DNA of 64,000 nt, from positions 830,768 through 894,767 of the forward strand of contig CBFFRQ010000089.1 of the NCBI GenBank assembly GCA_965644315.1. Direction: 5' to 3'. The notes beneath the pieces were generated by a model. That model was not told the DNA's origin and did no database searches. It saw only the letters and a list, made by a program, of their open reading frames with translations. Of this stretch, positions 33,301 through 43,278 are shown one piece after another. The stretch is from Caecitellus pseudoparvulus. Its lineage: Eukaryota > Protista > Bigyra: Bicosoecida. The translations under genes were made by a program, and so were the position numbers. How positions within the stretch are numbered: position 1 is the stretch's first letter; every line of letters begins with the position of its first letter.

Positions 33301-35648
33301 CCAGCAGCCAGGCCCACACGACCGTCGGCACCACCATGGCATCTGCCAGCAGTCGGCGCCTGGTGGTTGGTAAGGGCGAGCCTGACCGCCTGACGTTCAC
33401 AGCCAAGCAGCGCCGACGCCGCACCAGTACGTTGGAGGTGCTGCGTGCGTCAGTGCCGTTCTTTGTGCAGTGGAGCAACCTGAGCGTGAGCTGGTGGAGC
33501 CGCCTCCTGCGTGGCTCCCTCACAACGCTGCTGTTGGTGAGTGGTCTCACGCTGTCCTTCACCATGACAGCCGCCACGAACGAAGCGCTGGCGTCCGCTG
33601 CTGGGCGAGGCAAGGTGGACATCTGCCCAGTGGCGGGCACACCCATCTCAGACGAAGCGCTGGAGGCAGACCCCAACCTGCTGCCGTGCTACTGCCGGGA
33701 GCTGGACTTGCCATCTGCGCTGACGGATCCCCGCTGTTCCGGGTGGGTGGAGGCGGCTACGGTGGGCATGGGCGTAACCCTGGCGTCCTCCGTCACCATG
33801 GCAGGCGTGAACGTGCTGCTGCAGTTCGTCATCTTGGCCCTGACGCCCTTTGAAGCGCACTGGAGCAAGGATGCCGAGCAGCTCTCCCTCACCTGGCGCC
33901 TGTTCGTGTCCCTCTTCTTCAACACCGCCCTCATCCAGCTGCTGGTGACGACGGACTGGAATGCCTTGTTTGGGCTGGACCTTGGCTTCAACTCCGCCGC
34001 AGACGGACGCCTGTACGCGGACCTGTTCTCGCCGGCCTGGTACGCCAACGTCGGCAGCGTGCTGTGTGCGGTCATGGCCTTCAACGTCGTCGCCCCGCAC
34101 ATGCTGCCGCTGTCCCAGCTGCTGCTGTACTCGTGCCAGCGCAAGTGGGCCACGCGGCGACCCATGTGGACGTGCTGGTGGCCCGTGACGCTCGTCTTTG
34201 CCTGCGATGGCGCCTGCTGCCCGTGTCTGTGTGGCGGCAGCGCGCGCCCCGTGTGTCCGGACCTGTGTGGCGGCATCTGCGTCTGCTCTGGCGCCTGCTG
34301 CTGCTTCGTCATGTCCTGTGCGGCGTGTGGCAGCGTGCAGGGCTCTCGCAGCCGGGCCATGCGGCACGGCACGCTGTCCAGGGGGGCCTCCCGCTCCTCT
34401 TCGTCCGACGACGGCCTGGGCATTGCTGTGGACATGGCGCTGAAGACCAGTGCGGCAGGACCCAGCCCCACCAGCAGCAGCCGGGCAGCGCTGGACTCTG
34501 GCCTGGCGAGTGGCGGTGGCAACGCCATGTTCGGGCGGCCGCTGCGGAGTGCAGGGGAGGACGAGGAGGGCGTGGAGATGGTGGGTGGGCGCGTGGGCAG
34601 CGGCGCCACGCACGTGCGGTCGCCGCTGCACACTGACTCCACCCCGGCCGACAGACGCCGACGGCGGCGCATGACGCCCCCCACCGGCATTGGCCTGGAC
34701 TCGTCGGTGATGGAGGCAGACTTGGCGGGACCCATCATGCGTGTGTGTGACCCGGTGTGTGGCGCGTGTGTGCGGCGCCTGGAGGCTGGCTGGTTTGACT
34801 GGTGGGCGCCCAAGTCCCAGCGCCAGCTGAACGCCATCTTCACGGGCCCAGAGTTCCCCATCATCCAGCGGTACAGCGCCATCCTCACGACGGTGTTTGC
34901 CACGCTCATGTACAGCAGTGGCATCCCCCTCATGTACCTGCTAGCGCTCGTGTCGTTCCTGCTGTTCATCGCCCTGGACAAGGCGCTGCTGCTGCGCTTC
35001 TACCGCAACCCGCTGCACTACGACAGTCTGCAGATTAGCTCCCTGTCGGGCCTCATTCCCGCCGCCATTGTCCTGCATTGCATTATTGCTGCGTGGGCCT
35101 TCACGAACGACGCCGTGTTCCCGACGCGCGGTGACAGTGTGGACGTGCTGCTCGTCCCGGCGCCTGACCTGGTGAACAGCCTCAGGGCACTCGTGCCCCT
35201 GAACGTGAACATTGTGGAGCGCCTCACCCGCGCACACGTCCTGCCCATGCTGGGGCTGGCAGTGCTGGTGGTGTTCGTCGAGGTGGTGGTGCGGGGCAGC
35301 GTGGCGGTGGCAGACGGCTGGCGCCGGCGTGGGTGCTCCCTGCACAAGGCACGCGACCCCGTGCACGCGCCGTACTCCCAGCTCAAAGCGCAGAAACGCA
35401 TCAAGGGCATGTCCACGTACAACATCTTGGAGGGCGTGGAGCTGAGTGAGCGGCTGAACCTGCCGGAGCACTTTACAGACCACTTCAGCTCCCTCTCTGA
35501 CGTGTTGCTGTACCAAAGCCGCCGCATGGAGCAAATCATGAAGTGGACAAGTTTCAAAGTGCAGGCAACACAGCGCCAGCACAGCATTGCCAAGGCAAAG
35601 CACAGCGTCAAGAAGGCTTTCACTGCCGCCACAGAGGAAGACATCTGA
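30360..35648 (+). CDS. OSCA/TMEM63/CSC1-like multi-pass ion channel with large low-complexity insertions
   Basis: SAGDYTVFVRGIP, GAFITFE, VQWSNL and the TM block PEFPIIQRYSAILTTVFATLMYSSGIPLMY...LDKALLLRFYRNP. The first ATG in the frame is at 30360. Confidence 0.72.
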   Translation: MQGKPPASRTMRAAVAQGKPPGSPPRGGSPPLGRRRTGSVAGRRGELRPHGSPGGGAPSSKFAPGGAAARTRDVNRLLETIDSQMAAVRSQRYTRRATRAAALLTPLPEGLDEVDIEVEEEACVGGLEAPDAGSSSRKGASSKVDLKVALNWAEQVHPRVEVGTHRVPLEICSTQLGRHCCVFCRWCDPCREGIYSELEAFGPAVSMFFKDLKCMALVFLVLSVLAVPTILLNVTLGTGAVSPTVLLNARFTDTMLGNLGSPVVSAGNASALNGTSNVETFQLALDSVGVCGVAERNEAVRALCSLGEGDIAGLYVGLDVAVMLLFWLLYCWWRVFQRRENWLVDRDFVSAGDYTVFVRGIPNEVDELTLKSHFEEVIGEAVASVSIARDEKEYTRLAATAGVMLRRWEELAAATAKQVLVDAAMQRGLAGASEVMDLGGPSDPAEPASASGRPGGPPPITGSPRTRSLAGRGRAPPGPGGMEPPSYGNSSSDLLGDIEAAAELITGLKVTQRVGVGGVAMPGLGAREEVGGDESVHLTFAEADASVTARLRTISTIAGQTAGDALEAERRTVLARLRSLIRQVRRARSMHVGVLADAVRFNDQELLRGCDPAVVRAGAATAWRGLGATTGAFITFERQMGKLKALKAYSNSRWRVCRVFCQGRALRLVPDISPRMVTSAVKRLARGGVRRRRAASRRQSQWDAILARSSSTSSKDKAEPSVEDEDVQRVLQPARGSALSALSMAAARVPVRSVIQLESDSESDEERSSPSSPPGSPGGRSVLHGAQPPKPRRSRRQSAVDAWATAASRRGTGRGLSLLPIVTTEGDLPPPRASEDSAALHASGESPVLASRVQTAPAVVPQSSDSLEQRAIRRSVATLRRLSQRWHTGIGPSGLLSSLEAQAGEEGEGGETGSDGARRSTESKKGAERMAFAGVRARKGSSACADGKASPPPRPSSPVGRSKLGALAVLASVRNLDMPPPSSQAHTTVGTTMASASSRRLVVGKGEPDRLTFTAKQRRRRTSTLEVLRASVPFFVQWSNLSVSWWSRLLRGSLTTLLLVSGLTLSFTMTAATNEALASAAGRGKVDICPVAGTPISDEALEADPNLLPCYCRELDLPSALTDPRCSGWVEAATVGMGVTLASSVTMAGVNVLLQFVILALTPFEAHWSKDAEQLSLTWRLFVSLFFNTALIQLLVTTDWNALFGLDLGFNSAADGRLYADLFSPAWYANVGSVLCAVMAFNVVAPHMLPLSQLLLYSCQRKWATRRPMWTCWWPVTLVFACDGACCPCLCGGSARPVCPDLCGGICVCSGACCCFVMSCAACGSVQGSRSRAMRHGTLSRGASRSSSSDDGLGIAVDMALKTSAAGPSPTSSSRAALDSGLASGGGNAMFGRPLRSAGEDEEGVEMVGGRVGSGATHVRSPLHTDSTPADRRRRRRMTPPTGIGLDSSVMEADLAGPIMRVCDPVCGACVRRLEAGWFDWWAPKSQRQLNAIFTGPEFPIIQRYSAILTTVFATLMYSSGIPLMYLLALVSFLLFIALDKALLLRFYRNPLHYDSLQISSLSGLIPAAIVLHCIIAAWAFTNDAVFPTRGDSVDVLLVPAPDLVNSLRALVPLNVNIVERLTRAHVLPMLGLAVLVVFVEVVVRGSVAVADGWRRRGCSLHKARDPVHAPYSQLKAQKRIKGMSTYNILEGVELSERLNLPEHFTDHFSSLSDVLLYQSRRMEQIMKWTSFKVQATQRQHSIAKAKHSVKKAFTAATEEDI

Positions 35649-35682
35649 TGGTCACGAGCTGTGTGCACTGCCTGGGATACCG

Positions 35683-36759
35683 CTAGGTGGCAGGGTCTGC
35701 CTGGGGCCGCAGCCGCTTACAGGCGTCAGCGTACGTGTCGTGCACTGGCACATGCCCTGCCCAGTGCACATCGCCGTCGGGTGACGTGCGCACTTTGAAC
35801 GCGACCACCAACACGCCCTCCCGCCGAGCACGCTGGAAGAGGTCAGCATACACAGCGTCAGCCCGGGCACAGGGGGCGAATGCATCGCAGTCATTTCTCT
35901 GAACCACCAGCACGAGGGCTGCCACAGGAGCAGCCGCGGGAGACGTGTCGGTTGGCGGGCTGCCGAATTCTTGCTGCAAGTTCAGCAGCTCCTCCAGGTG
36001 CCGCTGCCCCCGCACTGTCGTGGTGTCTGGGAAGAGGGCAGTGGGGCGGTATCGATGCGACAGAGAGGCATGTGGGGCGTCCCTGTCACCAGCGAAGGGC
36101 GAGGCTGGGTGGTGGTCGCTCAGCGTCACGCTCTTGACTTCGACAGCCAGGACCGAGCCGTTCTGGCGCTTCAGGAGGAAGTCCAGGCGAGTCTTGGGCC
36201 CCTTAGATGCCGTGCGCTTGGTCGCACTTGCAATGGGGGTGTCACTCCCACCCCGGGCTCGCTTTCGACTCGCTCCTGCCTCGCCAGCGACGGAGTCTGC
36301 GTTCGACCCGGCCAGAGCTTGGCGGACCACTGGCATGGGTGCCTCCCGCCTGAGCACCTCCAAGGGAGCCCCTCCGCCCAGCGCCTCGTCCAGAAGGCCG
36401 GCATCTACAGCAGCAGCCACCATGTGGTTGGCTGCGGCAGAGTGGATGCCCACCCACTCGGGGGCGTGTGCTTGACTTGCCGCCTGCACGGCCACGAGGG
36501 AGTAGCCGAGCTTGCGCTTGGGGTCGGAGTTGGCGCTGACCAGGCAGGGCACCTCGCCGTCCAGCAGGCCAGTCATGGGGCCGGTGTTGGGGCAGTGCGC
36601 CACGACCACATCGTCGCTGGTGGGGGCTTGCAAGACCTCTGCACCAGTCGGCTTGTCCAGGCGCACGTCTGCCAGGAACCGCTTGTACCGCCGCAGCAGG
36701 GTCCCCCTCAGCAGTGTACCGAACGAATGGAGCACTGGTATCTTAGTCGACGCAGCCAT
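35683..36759 (-). CDS. sfsA: SfsA (sugar fermentation stimulation protein A) family, OB fold plus PD-(D/E)XK nuclease-like domain
   Basis: GTLLRRYKRFLADV, AHCPNTGPMTGLL, PKRKLGYSL, RLDFLL, VEVKSVTL, FPDTTTVRGQRHLEEL, LVVQRND. Intronless. Confidence 0.92.
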   Translation of the reverse strand: MAASTKIPVLHSFGTLLRGTLLRRYKRFLADVRLDKPTGAEVLQAPTSDDVVVAHCPNTGPMTGLLDGEVPCLVSANSDPKRKLGYSLVAVQAASQAHAPEWVGIHSAAANHMVAAAVDAGLLDEALGGGAPLEVLRREAPMPVVRQALAGSNADSVAGEAGASRKRARGGSDTPIASATKRTASKGPKTRLDFLLKRQNGSVLAVEVKSVTLSDHHPASPFAGDRDAPHASLSHRYRPTALFPDTTTVRGQRHLEELLNLQQEFGSPPTDTSPAAAPVAALVLVVQRNDCDAFAPCARADAVYADLFQRARREGVLVVAFKVRTSPDGDVHWAGHVPVHDTYADACKRLRPQADPAT

Positions 36760-37048
36760 TCGGTTGAAGATGCCAGCTTGAAGGGCAGGGCCACACGAAC
36801 GGCGAGGCACTGGTTGGGAGGCTGAAACGCCTGTGAAACGGCTTTCGAGTGGGCCAAATGTGAGCGATAAGGCGGTCTAGTGGAGGATGCACGTTCAGCA
36901 GGTGGAGAGAGGGCAGTTGTTGATTTTGGTTTGCGGCACGGTGGGGTGATTGCTGGCACTGGGAGCACGTCAGGGCAGGGCAAGCATGTGTGGGGCTGCA
37001 CTTCATGTTTGGCCAAGCCTGCGCTTTTGTCTGCAGACAACGAGGTGC

Positions 37049-37732
37049 TCAGGCACGCACTGGCTGGAAGGTTCGCCTTGTGTGCCTTGGCCTCTGGTTC
37101 ATCCAGGCTGGGAGAGGCGGCCCTGGTGCCTTGGACGCTGGAGTTAGTGAGCTGCCTGCTGCGCTGCTTGCTGGAGTGCTGAGCAGACGCCCAGCGCTTT
37201 GGGGCGACTTGACTGCGGCCTCAGGGGGTGGAGTCTGAAAGTTCGGATCTCGTTCGCCCAGTGGCGTGTGGGAGACGGGTCCGAGGACCCGTCCGTGTCT
37301 CTTCAAGCTGTCGCTCGACCGGCCGGGCGAAGGCTTCGTCGGCCTGCCTCGGCGTCGGCCAGCTGGCGCGGGGCTGGGCGTGCGTAGCTCAATGACTCTG
37401 GGTTTTCGTGTGGATCCCTTCTTTGCCTTGCGCTTCGGTGCCTCTGCCTGCCTGCTGCGAGGCGCCTGGTGCGCAGTGTTTCGCAGCTGCGCAGCCTGCG
37501 TTGCGCACGAAACGCGCGGGGTTCAGCCGGCGCCTTGCGCCTGCGACTGCTGTGGCAACCCACCTTCAGCGCCGCTAGCTCGGCTGACAGGGAGTAACAA
37601 CGGGCTCTGAACTCGGCGAGCTGTCCCAGGAGCATGCGCTGCCAAGGCAGCAGGCGTTCGGAGTGCTGGTTGTGTGCGTTGCACACTCGCCGCGAGTCAT
37701 ACGTTTTGTTCCAGCAAGGCGTGGTTCCGATG
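37049..37732 (-). CDS. Multi-exon gene missed by the ORF track: coiled coil plus basic S/P-rich tail, shugoshin-like (exons 37732-37703, 37638-37564, 37495-37049; 5' end unresolved)
   Basis: GT-AG introns of 64 and 68 nt give the open, phase-consistent sequence HRNHALLEQN|RMLLGQLAEFRARCYSLSAELAALK|AAQLRN...KRKAKKG...GRRRGRP...RPRHTRRTFQPVRA*. Confidence 0.5.
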
Positions 37733-38140
37733 CTGGAGGGAAACAACTGTGGCCAATGAATCTGATCCTGCCGTAGGCTCTCGTGGAGCCGACGCGGTGG
37801 GCGACACGTACTGCGCCATGCTGCAGCAATGGCAAGGTGTATGCTCGGACCCACCGAGTGCTTTTCACACACAAAAGGTAGTGCATTTGCATGCAAGTGG
37901 CGTAGGCAGGGGGGCGGTTTCAACGAAAGCAAGCAAGTGGTAGAAGGAAAGTGCTGCTGCATTGCATCTGACCTCTTCCTTGCCTGCCCAGGCACGGGAG
38001 CAAGCTGTTTGTGCCCAGGTCCTACAGCGGGTCTCGCTGCACTGGCGCAGACAGGGAGCCAAACAGGCCCCCGATCCATAAAGCCCAAACTACTACAGGC
38101 GGTAAGGCCCCTTGTCGCAAAAAATCCAGCCTAGTCTCGC

Positions 38141-41055
38141 TCAAGCCTTCTTCGGCTTCGGTACGACGAAGTTCAGGATGGGCGCCTTGCCTTTCAACAC
38201 GACGACTGTGCGCGTCACAGCCGCCATGTCAAGGCCTGCCAGCGGCCCCTCCTGGGCGATGGTGCCCTCTACAATGTGGCCCTGTTCCTGAAGCGCACTC
38301 AATACCAAGTCACGCACGGCGGCGACATCGTTGGCTTGCACAAGCTCACTGGGCACGTCAACAAGCGTGCGTTTTTCGCCCATGACTTGCACAACCAGAG
38401 GCACAGATGACACGACCAGCGCTGCAGGATCTGCTTGCGGCCAGGACTGCCCATGCACGGCGCCTGGGCTCGAGATGTCCCCTGCGTGGGCTGACGCTGG
38501 GCAGCTGCCGTGCTGCGCCAACGTCTGCCAGGCCTCGGCAGCGAAGTGGGGAGCCATGGGGGCCAGACACAGCACCAGGGCGCGCAGAGCTTCCTCCACG
38601 GCGCCTGGGCTGGCCCCTTCGCCTTGAGCTGCAGTGATGGCGTTGGACAGCTTCATCAGCTCTGCGACCGCGACGTTGAAGGCGTGCGTGGTCTCAAACG
38701 CCTCGGACACGCCAGCGATTGCGGCGTGTGTGGCCCGGCTCAAGCTCGCATCAGCGTCAGGCGCAGGGGCGGCCTCCGTGCCAGTGGAGGCCACCCACGA
38801 GTGCAGCTGGCCCCACATGCGGTCCAGCCACCTGCGCTGCCCCACGAGCGTGGCGTCGTCCCACTCCAGCTCCTTCTCAGGCGGCGCCTTGAACAGCGTG
38901 TACAGCCTGCAGACATCCGCGCCGTGTTCCTGCTGGACGCTCTCTGGCGCCACGCCGTTCCCTTTGCTCTTGGACATTTTCTCCCAGGCCACGGTGACGC
39001 CGGGAGGGGTGGCGGCTCCGTCGGCGGGGAGTGGCACCAACTGCCCGCTCTCTGCTTCACGCGCAACCTTGCCCAGGACCATGCCTTGCGTGAGCAGCTT
39101 GCGGAACGGCTCCGCAGCATGCGCCGCCTCCTCCTGCGGCGCCACAATGCCCTGCTGCACCATGACTTTGTGAATGAAGCGAGAGTATAGCAGGTGCAGC
39201 GTCGCATGTTCGATGCCCCCGACGTAAAAATCCACAGGGGAGCATCTCCCCGCGACAGACGGGTCGCAGGGTGCCTCACTAGCCCGTGGGTCAGTGTACC
39301 GGTGCCAGTACCACGATGAGTCGACAAAAGTGTCCAGAGTGTCAGTGTCCCGCACCGCCGGTCCGCCGCAGGATGGGCAGGAGGTGTTGCGCCACTCCTC
39401 TGCAGCGTGGGCAAGGGGTGACGCCGTCGAGGGGTCGTGTCGGGGGATGGCTGCCACCTCTGCGAGGCTCATGGCAGGCAGCGGCACAGGGAGGTCTTGC
39501 ACCGGCACAGGCTGCGGACCGCAGGAGTCGCAGTGCACCATGGGCACGGGCGCACCCCAATACCGCTGCCTGCTCACCAACCAGTCTCGCAAACGGTACC
39601 TTGTCGTGGGCTCTGCCCACCCGCGCTCGGCCCCATACCCCACGACCGCCTCTGCCGCTGCAGTGGAGTGCAGCCCTGCGACGGGCAGGTCGGCGGGGTA
39701 CACGCCAGGCATGGGCAGCATGGAGCCGTGCCCAGTGTGGCAAGTGGCGCCGTCAGTGGCGCCATCGAAGACTGGGACTGACGGGATGTCCATGGCCGCG
39801 GCAAAGGCGGCGTCTCGCGTGTCATGCGCCGGCACGCCCATTACCACGCCGCTGCCATAGTCCCCAACGACGTATGGCGCATAGAACACTGGCAGCGGAA
39901 GCCCCGTGAGAGGGTGGGTCACCACCACCCCGGTATCCACTGCACCGTCAGCAGGGTGCTCATCATCAGGCGCTTCCCCGGCAGGCACGCCAGCAGCCGC
40001 TCGCAAAGCCTGTGGATCAGGGCCCAGGCCTGTCTGTGCAGCCCACGCCACGAGAGGGTGAGACCCTGCGATGGCGATGAACTGCACGCCGGCCAGGGTT
40101 TCTGGCCGGGTGGTGAAGGCCGTGAGCGCTGCAGTTGGGCACTCCGCGTGGCCGGCTACGTGGAAGGTGATGTTGGCGCCGGCGCTGGGTCCAATCCAGC
40201 GCTCCTGCATCAGGCGCACGGCACGTGGCCACTCGGGCAGGGCGCCCAGGTCGTCCACCAGCTGCTGGGCAAACTTGGTGATGCCCACGTACCACTGGCG
40301 CAGGGCAACCTTCTGCACGACGGCACCGCTGCGCCAGGAGGTGCCGTCTGGAGCCACCTGCTCGTTGGCCAGCACTGTGCCGTCCACTGGGTCCCAGTTC
40401 ACCTCGCCGTCCCCTTGATACACCAGGCCAGCCCGCCACATTTCCGTGAAGATCCACTGCGTCCACTTGAAGTAGTCTGGGTGGCTGGTGTTCACCTCCC
40501 GGTGCCAGTCGAAGGACATGCCCAGGCGCTGCAGCTGGCGCCGCATGGAGGCGATGTTGCGCTGCGTCCACTCGGCAGGGTCCACACCTCGCTCGAGCGC
40601 TGCGTTCTCGGCTGGCAGGCCAAATGCATCCCATCCAATGGGGTGCAAGACGCTCTTGCCGCGCATGCGGTGGTACCGTGCCATGGCGTCCGAAATGGTG
40701 TACACTCGCACATGGCCCATGTGCAGCGTCCCTGGGGCCAGCGGCGGGTGGCGGGCTGAGGCGCGCAGGTTGGACAAGGGAGGGGCACGCCCGACGCACC
40801 TGATGGATAGGGGAACATGGACAGGCAGTAGAAGAAGTCCTCGCCGCTGCTGCGCGCTGCGTTCTCTGTTTCGATGCGGTCAGCTCCATCTTCGGCTGCA
40901 TCAGCTGCCGCCCACTGCTCCTGCCACTTTGCCTCTACTGCCAGCGTGTCGTACCTGTTCAACACTGTGCACATGCTTCGATGTGGGCTGCAGTGCAGTG
41001 GTGCTCTGCGAAAGGCACTGTGGGCCAGTCGCCGACTGGCCAGAATGGCCTGCAT
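38141..41055 (-). CDS. LARS2: Leucyl-tRNA synthetase, mitochondrial/bacterial type (intron 40799-40732)
   Basis: Arg-rich presequence. YCLSMFPYPSG|TLHMGHVRVY (HIGH equivalent), GWDAFGLPAENAA, the editing domain FTTRPET...GVPAHD, DWLVSRQRYWG, GGIEHA and KMSKS. Confidence 0.96.
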
Positions 41056-41506
41056 CGTGCTGTACCAATTTCCGCCTCAAGCCCAGTGCTGCAGATGGCC
41101 AGCAGTGGCCAGCGAAGAGGCCTGCGCGAGTGACAGGATTTTGGATGGATGTTATAATTTGCTAGCTGAACAAGCCGGATGGGTTGAGTTGAGCGTTGAG
41201 GTGAGGGGCGGCGCGCTCAAGGCAGGTATGATATGGGCTCTTTGTGGGGGGGGAGTGGATGGTGCGTGAGGGGGGATGTGCTGCGGCGCTTTGCCCGAGC
41301 ACTGGTCGCCCCCGGGATGCTGATACAGGCAAAACGACGCGCATTTAGCTTCTCCAGCTGTCACAAAAGCCGAACACACACCTGTGCATCGACCAGAAGC
41401 CTTTCCATCCGCTCAAGTGCTGAGCATTGCACCTCGTGCTGCTGCGCTGCAAGCACCAGGGCTTGGCGCCAGCAGTTGGCACAAGGCCAAACACCTGCAC
41501 CACACG

Positions 41507-42686
41507 ATGGCAGGAACAGCTGACGCTGCGGACCTACTGCCCATCGTTGTCGAGCAAGATGGTGATTCTACCACGACGGTTGAGCTCCCCGCAACGCTGT
41601 TTGGTGAGTCGCGCGTGGGGGATGTGCGAAGACGGCCAAGCCGTCCGACACGCCAACTGCACGACCCAGCGCGCACCTTTCCACACCCCTCCTCCCACTG
41701 CAGCCAAGGCCAAGGCACATGATGGAGAGTTCTCCGCTTGGGCAAACCTCAGCGGTTGCTCCATCGTGCCGCCGGAAGGCGTGCTGGAGTCCGCGTCTGG
41801 TGACTTTTTCTGCCGCTACGCGGTGACTTCCCAGACAGACGCCAGCGACAGTCATCGACGAGTGGCCCTTCGCATCGCTTCCACCTTGAAGGCTGAGTTG
41901 GATGGCACTGCTCATGCAGCTCCTGTGGCGGTGCCGCCCGCAGAAAAGGCTGCGGCAACGCACCAGCCTGCCCCGGCGCAGCACCATGCGGCCCCCGTCT
42001 CGTGGAGGAACACTGTCCACCAACCAGGACAAGGGACTGCACACATGGCAGCGGGAACAAGGCCTGCAGTGTCCCCCCCTGTGGCTGTGGGAGGAGCAGC
42101 CGCCCCACGTGCAAGCCCCGGCACGCAGCCGAAGGCTGCTCTGCTGCGCGAGTGGCTGTCAGAGAGCGTGACGGTCAGCCTTCCTCACCCCACAAGCGGG
42201 TCCCACCTGGCCTTGCCCCTGCGCAAGATCATCGAGGTGATGCATGCGGTGGACCGGGCAGCGTTGCTGGCCGGCGGCGGGCACATTCTGGCAGCTGACG
42301 CGGCGGCTGCCTGCCGAGCGGCATTCACGCCCGAGCAAGAGTCTGCCATGACCACCGCCACCGAATTGGGAGGGTGGGGTGACCTCATCACTTGTCTGGC
42401 CTCCGCTGGCTTCCTGCACTCTGCCCACGGCTGCTTGTCCGCTGCGCTTGGCCGCGACGGAGCTGGGTCGCGCATTCCGCTGCCCGTGCTCAGGGCTGTC
42501 AAGGACGCGGTTCGGGGGATTACGACCTCCACGGGCAGGTCTGCTCTGGAGGTGACCGCTGAGGAGCTGTTCCCGCACACGCACAAGTTCGTGGGGGGCT
42601 GCGACAGCCTCTTCACCCTGCTGCAGGTGCTGGGGTGCACGGACCTGCAGGCACTGCTGCACAGCGCCGAGGCGCTGCCGGTGTGA
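41507..42686 (+). CDS. Hypothetical protein (exons 41507-41603, 41704-42686)
   Basis: ATG 41507 and a GTGAGT...CACTGCAG intron join in frame to ORF 41427..42686. Host-like codon usage; no family recognised. Confidence 0.6.
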
Positions 42687-43278
42687 TGCTGCTGCAGGTG
42701 CTGGGGGGTGGAGGCTTGAGGGCCAGTCGTTCAGAGCGTTGGTTCATTCATGGTCTGGCAAATGCACGTGCAACGGTGGCGGTGCACATGCCACGTGGGC
42801 TGTGCTGGTCCTGTGGACCACAGAGGGGGACTCGCCGCAGTGCACTTACTCTGCCGCACCACAACGAAGCTTCCACTCAATCCACACCCGCCTGAGGCTG
42901 CGTGCAGAGCCAGTTGAGGTGGCTTGCATGAGCTCAGCGACGCCCGCGCCACACCACCAGTGTCGGTTGCGCCCAAGCATGTGAGTGAAAGCTTCGTTGC
43001 CTGAGGGGTTGTAGCGTGCAGCGAGGGCTGTGCTGCTTGTGAATGTTGTAGTCAGATGGGGGGGGCGTCATGCAGCTGTGCAGTGCTGTGCGCGCAGACA
43101 ACGGCTGCCTTGAGCAGGGGGCGGGAGGAGTGCGGCTTTTGCAGCACCTCCGAACAGTGCCTCACCCCTGCTCTGGTGTGTCTGGCGACTGGGCAGAGAA
43201 CAACTGGGGAGGGGGTGTCCTCATGTCACTGTGTTGTTCATGGTGTTTTTGCTCCGCCCCCTGCGCAGACCTGCAGCC

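Noticed and set aside
37733-38088. Possible upstream exons of the shugoshin-like gene (MDRGPVW...)
   Set aside because: I could not find phase-consistent splice junctions, and the region also holds the likely LeuRS 3'-end motif.
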